Positions 55,083 through 64,000 of a DNA stretch of 64,000 nucleotides are shown piece by piece; positions within the stretch are counted from its first letter, which is position 1, and every line of letters begins with the position of its first letter. Position numbers and translations under genes: made by a program. The notes below the pieces were generated by a model. The model worked only from the letters and a program-made list of their open reading frames with translations, was not told the origin of the DNA and made no database searches. Origin of the DNA: Leucoraja ocellata (Eukaryota); contig JAWMAR010000603.1 in NCBI GenBank assembly GCA_036785375.1, positions 806,001 through 870,000 of the forward strand, read 5' to 3'.

Positions 55083-56614
55083 TCAGACAACTGGAGGGAT
55101 GTGATAGTATTAGCAGGAGTGCACATGAGATCCGCCAGGATGTTACCTGGAATGGGAAGCTGTGGTCACGGGGAGAGATTGGGCAAGCAGGGTTTATTCT
55201 CAATGGAAAGCAAAAATCTAAGAGGTTTATAAAATTACGAGAGGCACAGAGAAGACAGATCATCTTTTTCCCAGGCAGAGAAGTTTGGGTGGAGAGTTCA
55301 GGTTTCAGGTGAGAGGGGAGAAAATTTGAACAGAAACAGTACACAATAGGAATAGGCTCTTCAGCCATGATATGCGTGCCGACAGTGATGCCAAATTAAA
55401 CCAACCCCAACTGCTTGCACATGGTCTGTATTCTGTTCCTTGTCTGAATGCCTCCGAAATATCACCATCGTGTCTGCTTCCACCCCCACTGAAAACATGT
55501 TCCAGGCATCTGCATATCTTATGATCTTCATGATTTGTATCAGGCTTATCCTGGGGTTCTAATGCTCCACAGAAAGCTATCCAAGTTAGTCCAGCCTTTC
55601 TCTGCTACTGATGTGAGGCTCCCTGACCTATGATTTTGCTGGATTATCCCTGTTGCCATTTTTAAACAAAGGAGCCAGATCGGCTACTCTTCGATACTCT
55701 GGGACCTTGCCTGTGGCTGGAGAAGATAAAAATCTACATTTAAGTCCCAGAATCCTCCTTTCTAGCATTTCAATGACGCAATAAATCCCATCAGGTGAAT
55801 AGTGATGAATCCCAATAGTGAATCCACTATTCATATTCCTCATGAGATCCAATGCTATTTCCTTAATCTCACCATTTTCCAGGTATTGGCATAATACCTT
55901 CCATGTCCTTCTTGGTGAACTTAAATGGAATCCGTGGAGAAGGTTTTTCACACAGAGTAGTAGTAATTTGGAAAGAAGTACGAGAGGAGGTGATGGAGGC
56001 AGGTAGAATTATGTTTATGACATTAGGACAGTTGTTTATATTGGAAAGGTATGGTGGGATAAGGGCCTAATGCACGTGTGTAGATAGCCAGCTTGGTCAA
56101 CATGGATGAAATGGGCCGTAAGGGCATGTTTATCTGCTGTACAATTCTGTGATTCTTTTATGTTCAATACTGTTCAATACTTGTCCCAATCTTCTGATTC
56201 TGTAGTTAGGCATTTGAATGTTTCAGCTACCTGGCATGAACTCCTTGAACTCTTGTTCCTGTACCATTGTTTATTTTGCTTGTTCTTTCTTGCTGACTGT
56301 AGAGAAGGTGTTTCATCAGAGTGACTCATCCCATCTGGACTTTTTCTGCTAGATATTCCCATAGTGTTCTGTTTCTCTTTCATGTTTCCAGTATCAATTT
56401 TGTCTTTTCTTTCACACTTGTCCATATTCTGTATTTAAGAAATATTAACTGGAGAAATTACACCTCATTTTGGGAATTCAGATTAAAATTCTCATAAATC
56501 ATTTGGCTGGAGAGCATCCAGTGTTGGTATAGGGGAATTGATCTTGAGTGCTTTGGTATAAACCTATGGCAACAGTTATGCTTCATTGCTTAATATTTAT
56601 GGCCTTGGTACCTC

Positions 56615-57330
56615 ACACTGCCCCGGCAAGGCCACCAGCATAATCAAGGACGAGTCGCACACTGGCCACTCTCTCCTCTCTCTCAGGCAAGAGGTATAGA
56701 AGTGTGAAAACACACACCTTCAGATTAAAGCACAGTTTCTTCCCAGCTGTTAACTGAACTATCCTACCTCAACTTGGGAGTAGTCCTGAACTACTATCTA
56801 CCTCATTGGAGACCCTCAAACTATCTTTGATGGGACTTTACTGGCTTTATCTACACTAAACATTTTTCACACTGTTCCCTTTATCATATAGATGCACAGA
56901 GTCTCTTGCTCAGAGTAAGTGAATCGAGGACATAGGTTTAAGGTGAAGGGGAAAAGATTTAATAGGAATCTGAAGGGTAACTTTTTCACACAAAGGGTGG
57001 TGGGTGTATGGAACAAGCTGCCAGAGGAGGTAGTTGTGGCTGGTACTATCCCAACACTTAAGAAACAGTTAGACAGGTACATGGTAGGACAGGTTTGGAG
57101 GGATATGGACCAAATGCAGGCAGGTGGGACTAGTGTAGCTGGGACATGTTGGCCGGTGTAGGCAAGTTGGGTCGATGGGGCTGTTTCCACACTGTATCAC
57201 TCTATGACTCGATGTATCTGTACACTGTGAATGCGTCGAATATAATCAAGTAGTGTCTGCTAATTGGTTAGTATGCAATATAAGCTTTTCACTGTACCTC
57301 GGTACACGTGACAATAAACTAAACTCAAAC
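56615..57330 (+). mobile_element. Rex1/Babar-like 3' end with a nested CR1 3' end (~56890-57210)
   Basis: SIIKDESHTGHS...GKRYRSVKTHT.RLKHSFFPAV; nested RGHRFKVKGKRFNRNLKGNFFTQRVVGVWNKLPEEVV. Confidence 0.8.
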
Positions 57331-58014
57331 TAGTATCTTCACAAGGAAATCAGAGCAGGAGTAGGCCACCATGCCCTGAAACCTGCTCTGTCATCCAATA
57401 TGATCATCACTGATCTGTGGTGACCTTTCATGTGCCTGTTTCACATAACTCTCAATTCCTCAGTCTTTCAAATATTTGTCTGTCTCCACCTTAAATAGAT
57501 CTAATGATCTGCCTAATGATCTCTACTATCCTTGGGAGCGGAAAATTACAGATTTGTTGCACTCGAAGAGATGGCCTGATTCGTCATCATACAACTCATT
57601 ATTGCGTAATTTCTTTGAGGAAGGCAGTGTCTGACACCTAATTTTTTTTGGCCTTTTCCCAAAGGGCAGTGGTGGAAAGTTACAAACTATTGGCAATGTT
57701 TTCTGAGCAGCAGAGTTAAACTTTAATCTCATGGAGTATCTGGTCATCGGTCTTGGCTGAGACCTTAAAGGAGTCAGTCAGGGTACAGAGAGAGGCCACT
57801 TGAGTCGTTGGAGGTGGCAAGCTTATGTGATGAAACCTCAGCCCAAGTACAACATCCTCAGTGAACACTACACAACATTGACATCCGCAACTGCGGTCTT
57901 CCATTGACTGCCTTTGGTTGCAATATGGTCTTCGGCTTTGCATTATTATGGTTAAGACGGTTATTAATTTATTGTATTATTTATAGGAAAATATTATATT
58001 TTCTATTGTATTGA

Positions 58015-58255
58015 TAGGAACCTGAGGGGTAACATTTTTACACAACAGGCGGTGGGTGAATGGAATGTGCTGCCGGAGGATGTAGTTGTCATATACTATT
58101 TACAATGCTTAAGAAACAATTAGATAGTTACATGGATAGGATTGGTTTAGAGGGACATGAGCCAAATGCAGGCAGGTGGGACTAGTGTAGATGGGGCATG
58201 TTGGGCGGCATGGGCAAGTTGGACCTGTTTCAGCACTGTATAACTCTATGACTAT
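58015..58255 (+). mobile_element. CR1-like LINE 3' end
   Basis: similar to 56960-57210. Confidence 0.8.
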
Positions 58256-58660
58256 TATTGACTATTGTACAATTATTTGTATATAATTGCATATGAAGCT
58301 GCAGCAAACAATAGTTTAATTGTTCTGTTGCTGGTATATATGACAATTAAACACTCTTGACTCATGTAATGTGGCCTTTTCTCCGGCTGCCTGTGTCTGG
58401 TCTGCCTTTGTGACTTTGATTTAGCTTACCAGCCTTCCAGGGTCTTCAGAGTTCTCTGTGAACTTATGCAGAGTTATTGACCTTGCAATACTTGGGGTTC
58501 ACCCAAGTGATATCCCTTACCTTGTTACTGTCATGGAATTGGGTGTGCAGAGTTCATCATTATGGTTCTGACTCATAGCAAGTAATAGTTGTCATTACTG
58601 GGAAGTGGATTGCTGAGAGCGATATTTCGGCATCCTTGATGTTTGTAAGATGTCGGTCAC

Positions 58661-58966
58661 AGATACAGCGCGGAAACAGGCCCTTCGGCCCACCGGGTCC
58701 CCGCTGACATGTGATCCCCACACATTAACACCATCCTACACACACTGTGGACAATTTGTTTTACATTTACCAAGCCAATTAACCTACAAACCTGTACGTC
58801 TTTGGAGTGCGGGGGGAAACCGAGGATCTCGGAGGAGACCCATGCAGGACACGGGGAGAACGTACAAACTCCATACAGACAGAACCTGAAGTCGGGATCG
58901 AACCCGGGTCTCCGACGCTGCATTCGCTGTAAGACAGCAACTCTACCGCTGTGCCACGGTGACCAC
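58661..58966 (-). mobile_element. Near full-length tRNA-derived V-SINE/HE1-like SINE
   Basis: minus strand: A-box TGGCACAGCGG, B-box GGTTCGATCCC, central domain, CR1-shared tail GGGCCGAAGGGCCTGTTTCC. Confidence 0.88.
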
Positions 58967-59035
58967 CGAATGATCTAGTTTGTGGACGTGGGTGCCTTTA
59001 ACAAATAACATCAATGAGTAAACAGGAGAGAGGAA

Positions 59036-59640
59036 TAAGTAAGTAAGTAAGTTTATTGGCCAAGTATTCACATACATGGAATTTGCCTTCGTGATCTGCC
59101 ACATGTAACAACATGACATATAGTGACAGAAACGAATGACTCAAAAAACACTAAACATTAATAATAATAAAACATTAATGATAAAACACCATTGATCAAG
59201 CATGCGAACCAATAAAATACCAGATCAAAGGGAGGCTACAGATTTTTGGCTGTCGTGGATAAAAGCTGTTTTTATGTCTGGCTGTGGCAGCTTTGACAGT
59301 CCGGAGTCGCCTTCCAGAGGAAAGTGATTCAAAGAGTTTGTGGCCAGGGTGAGGGGGGTCAAAGATGATCTTGCCCGCTCGCTTCCTGGCCCTTGCAGTG
59401 TACAGTTCATCAATGGAAGGAAGGCTGCAGCCAATAACCTTCTCAGCTGATCAGACGATTCGCTGCAGCCTCCAGATGTCGTGCTTGGTGGCTGAGCCAA
59501 ACCAGACCATGATGGAGAAGGTGAGGACAGACTCTACGATGGCCATGTAGAATTGGACCATCATTGCCTGTGACAGATTGTGCTTCCTCAGCTGCCGTAG
59601 GAAGTACATCCTCTGTTGCGCCTTTTTGACTGTGGAGTCA
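59036..59640 (-). mobile_element. Rex1/Babar LINE 3' end
   Basis: KKAQQRMYFLRQLRK...FYMAIVESVLTFSIMVWFG; (CTTA)n tail. Confidence 0.88.
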
Positions 59641-62470
59641 AAAACTGGAAATTGCTGTACCCAGTTACCTCGGATGCTGTTCACTTCATCATGTTTCTAC
59701 TTATTCTCGATGTGAACAAGTGCAACAGAAGGCAATTGATGAACATAATAGTACACTGTTTCAAACTTGCAGAACAGCACTCCCTGGAGTCATGGTCACC
59801 ATAAACTACTCCCTCTTATTGCACAAACATTTTTACAACAGTGCTTTATTTTATTTTAAGGTAAGCAGTTTTATAATGCTCCAGGCCTTTATTTTTTTGG
59901 CAGATCCTGCCTTTCAGGCTTTGAGCTCATTATTATGGAGTTATGATCCACTGCACAGGAAGATGATGAAACCGTGTGTTGCTTGGAGCTTGCGCCACAA
60001 CCATCATGTGACTGAACAATGACGGCCAAAATGCCAGACATTGAAATCAATCTCTGCAAACCACAACTCTGTCGAAATAAGCAACTGTGAACAAAATTGT
60101 CTAACCAAATCTATGACGGCTGTGCTAAGTTGCGCAAGGTTAGAATCTACAGAGTCCTCAAAGCTTTGATGTTGATTGGTTTAGTTCCAACTTCATTATA
60201 TAACATTTTAGGTGTCTGACAGTCAACCAAGTGTTTCTTTTTACAAATGCATCCCGCAGTTGTTAGAGTCAAGCTGAACTAATCATGTGTGTAAGAAAGA
60301 ACTGCAAATGCTGGAAAAATCAACACTTGACAAAAATGCTGGAGAAACTAGTGAGGCAGCATCTATGGAGTGAAGAAATAGGTGTCGTTTTGGGTCGAGA
60401 CCCTTCTTCAGACCTATGAAATAATCATATGTTCAACATTAGGAATAGCACTAATGTAATTAGCAGGTTTTATGGTTATAATGGTAAAACCCAGCAATTT
60501 CTATAGCTGTGTAAATTAAAATAGTAATCCTTAGTTTGTTGACAGTAATTCAGTTCTCCACATGTTGTGCCATCATATAATTTTCTTGCAACAAATCAAG
60601 ATAAATCATTGAATTGATGAAAATCTCTGGCGGGTCAAAGTAGCCTTTCAGTCATTTTTTAAAAGGAGAACTAAACATTGATAACTGCTTCTCAAACTCA
60701 CTAGTCTCAAATAAAATCTCATTTCATTTATGTGGAATGTACATTCACCAAAAAAGGCATTTGTATTAATTTTAAATTTGATTTTAAATTTAAATTAGAT
60801 TAAGTTGTCAGGGGTTATGGGGAGAAGGCAGGGGAATGGGGTTGAGAGGGAAAGATAGATCAGCCATGATTGAATGGCAGAGTTGTCTTGATGGGCTTAA
60901 TGACCTGATTCTGTTCCTATAACTTATGAACTATGAAGTTTAATGATATCACCATTGCTGCAATGTGGAAATCCCATTTATCAAATGTCTTTAAGAGGGT
61001 GAAACGTGAGCCACTGTTTGATTCTGGAAGGCAGTGTGCAACAAATTGTGAGAATATTGTTTCAGTATTCACATATTCCCTACACTTTTTATATACATTT
61101 CTCCCGTACATTGAACACCAGGGACATGTTTTCATGTTGTAAAATAGGCTTTAATTTCACCTGTTCAACCATCTCAACAATATCCGAGAATTATATTTTA
61201 CGAAGCCACCTTCAGGTACAGAGAGCTTTTGAAAACGCTTTCTCTGATACTGTTTAAATTTGTGACATTCTGGTACATTTTAAAGAACTTTGCAAGTAAG
61301 TGCTTTAAAATAAGCAACCAGTGAATTGGCTGCTCTGCTCCTGAGGATGTCTCCAATTGCTTTTAATCCTTTTCTAACACTTTGGTGGAGAGATTGTTTG
61401 TTGACATTTTTTGCATGCGTTGCATTTGAGATGTGATTCCACGATGTATCTCCATTCAATTTGCTCCTTTGTATATCTGTGACTATGATGTTCAATGGGA
61501 AGGAACCACTGATCTTGATGTAATTCTCTACTCCTGCTATCAAGTCATATATTCTTTACCCTCTTTGTGCAGTTAAATTATATTTAGGATAGTTTGAGTG
61601 AAAGTTTATTTCCACCAGAATAGTTTTAAAACAATTGCCAATTGTGGTTTGGTTAGATCTGCAGTCAGATAAAGTGGAAAATAAGTGGGATTTTTCCAAG
61701 CTATTTAGTCGGTGTCCTGAAGATGGCTCAGTGTATTTTTTCCAATTTTCACGCTAGACTTCAAACTATAAATTAAGTTTCCAATGATGAGAGTGATAGC
61801 AGATGTTTCTGGTTTTCTTTCCTTGTTTTTTTGCGGGCACTGTATTTCAGTGTATGAATTGTCCATGTTAGTGTACAACAGACTCCAGAGACGTTAGCTA
61901 CATTGGCTGCAATAAATCTCTGTTGCCTGTGGAATTTTTTGTTCACTGGTTGCTAAGTTGGTAGCTGGGATATTGGGCTAATGTGGATTCCAAGTCATAC
62001 AAGTGGCAATGAAATGTTCTGTAGTTGGGCTAACATATACACGGTTTATTTGAAATAGCATTATTTCCTATTACTAATTATTTGTGAAGCCCATGTTACT
62101 GCTTGTACACTTATATTCTCAATAAGTGTGATTCAGTAACTTTACAAGGTTGTTGCTCACGTTAGATCTCCACACATATTCTTAATGGGTTGAGATCAAA
62201 TCTGGGTAAAAAAACTTGTAAAGTTATCCTTACATTGGAAGTTGTTGCTGGTACATATGTGGGAAGACATTTTGAGTGTCTACCCTTGAAGAATTGTACC
62301 TCATGCACTTGTGATACAGATACAAATGTACATTGATTATGTTCTAAATGGACAGAAACATCGTGTTAGTCAACTCAATATAATTTGATTGCTTGGCTTA
62401 ATAAAAATGGCCAAATGGGAAAATTATCGCATTTAAAGAGGAAAATTTCATGTTGGTTCAATAAGAATTT

Positions 62471-62750
62471 GGGCGTCACAGCTGGTAGAGCTGCTGTCTC
62501 ACAGTGTCAGAGACCTGGGTTCGATCCTGAACTCGGATGCTGTCTGTGCAGAGTTTGTAAATTCTCTCTGTGAGTGCATGGATTTACTCTGGGTGCTCCA
62601 GTTTCCTCCCACATCCCAAAGATGTACAGATTTGTAGGTTAAATGGTTTCTGCTGATTGTAAATCGTCCCTCGTGTGTAAGATAGCGGTAATCGCTGATC
62701 GGCGAGGACTCGGTGGGCTGAAGGGCCTGTTTCCATGCTGCATCTCTAAA
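62471..62750 (+). mobile_element. V-SINE/HE1-like SINE
   Basis: B-box GGTTCGATCC, GGGTGCTCCAGTTTCCTCCCACATCCCAAAGA core, CR1-like tail. Confidence 0.85.
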
Positions 62751-64000
62751 GTAAATAATGGCTAAGAATGAAAAGGAAAGCAGAGTGGACACCATCACAG
62801 TTCATCACAGTTGCTGATCTTCCATCATCGAAATGGCCTTTATTCAAACCTGACAATGTGCACTTTAACCATGTGTGATTTTTTTTTCTATACAAATCTC
62901 AAATTGTGGAGTACAGAGGCAAATAAATAAATGATGGGTCTTTGTCCCAGACATTATGGAGGGCACTGTATCGAAAGGAGACACTGCCTCAAAAAGGCAT
63001 CCATGTAAAGGTGCACATCACTGGCCAATGGGTGGCATGGACTTGGTGGGCCAAAGGGCTTGTTTTCATGCTGTATCTCCAAACTAAACTAAAGAAGGAA
63101 TGGAATACTTTATTGTCACATGTGACAAGGCACAGTGACATTCATTGCTTGCATACCTTGGGTTTGCAAATAATCGCCACACACGGCGCTGGCAAAGTTA
63201 CAAAGTACCCCCGTCAGTTCCTCCTTTCTTCGCCTCCCTCTCCTCCCCTCCTCACCCATGCCAGATCCTCCATCGTTCTTCCCCCTCCCCTCCCCTTACG
63301 GTGGTCCCCCCGTGCCCTCATCGACTGCCGACCATGGGTCGACCAGCGAGGCTTCACCACCGCCGCGGCGAAGCTCCGTCGGTCACGATGCCATCGCTGA
63401 AGCTCCATCTCCACTGCCGAGGCTCCACCGCTGCTGCCGAGGCTCCATTGGCCCAGTCAGGATGCAAAGAGCAGAGGAAGCTTTTACAGGACGTGACTAA
63501 GGGTCTGAAGAAGGGTTTCGGCCCAAAACGTTGCCTATTTCCTTTGCTCCATAGATGCTGCTGCACCTGCTGAGTTTCTCCAGCATTTTTGTAATCATGC
63601 CCTACAGGATGTGAATATTCTCTATGCTGAAATTGAAATATTTCCAGACACATTAATAGTGAACTCATAAAATTGTTAAAACAGTTCAAGTATATGCACG
63701 TGTGTCTCCTGTGCTTCTGATAAATATTTATCATCTGCGAAGATGTCAGCAAAAGTTGGGATGATAATTTCCCTCACCCCGTTCATTGCACCATATTACT
63801 CTACAGGAGCAGATTAGTCTGTGAGCCAGTTATTGCCTTATCTACTTAGTCAAATGGAATGGAGTTCTGTGTTAGAGAACAGTTTTTTTTAAGTGTAACT
63901 TTTGTAAAAAGTAAAGTGCTACTGTTTCTATTGATGCAAACTGGAGGTATATACTAAATTTTGAGTTGCCAACACATTATTTGTAATTAGAACACTCGAG

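Noticed and set aside
54850-55368. 172-aa minus-strand ORF
   Set aside because: Antisense read-through across nested CR1 and short retroposon fragments.

Overview
Vertebrate nuclear DNA, AT-rich and repeat-dense. The repeat families (CR1/HER1-like LINEs, HE1/V-SINE-like SINEs, Rex1/Babar LINEs, Penelope-like elements) suggest a cartilaginous fish, probably a skate or ray; this is inferred, not looked up. The + strand carries the last seven coding exons of RFX7 (2506-28426; the 5' exons lie upstream of the window), including a minor-spliceosome AT-AC intron (13792-15508) and a probably long 3' UTR. A CpG island follows with the first two coding exons of NEDD4 (41415-41456, 41921-41995); exon 2 has an apparent +1 frameshift. 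No further NEDD4 exon was recognised up to 64000. Nearly all other ORFs in the track are spurious or transposon fragments. The most interesting non-genic signal is about 20 copies of a short Penelope-derived unit with a minimal hammerhead-ribozyme core (CTGAAGA-stem-GAAACGTC). Many copies have their own target-site duplications, and several form fold-back structures, including a ~330-bp inverted repeat just after the RFX7 stop codon. Also present are a TIR-bounded ISL2EU-like DNA transposon remnant and several palindromic MITEs. All coordinates were read by eye; repeat boundaries are approximate.
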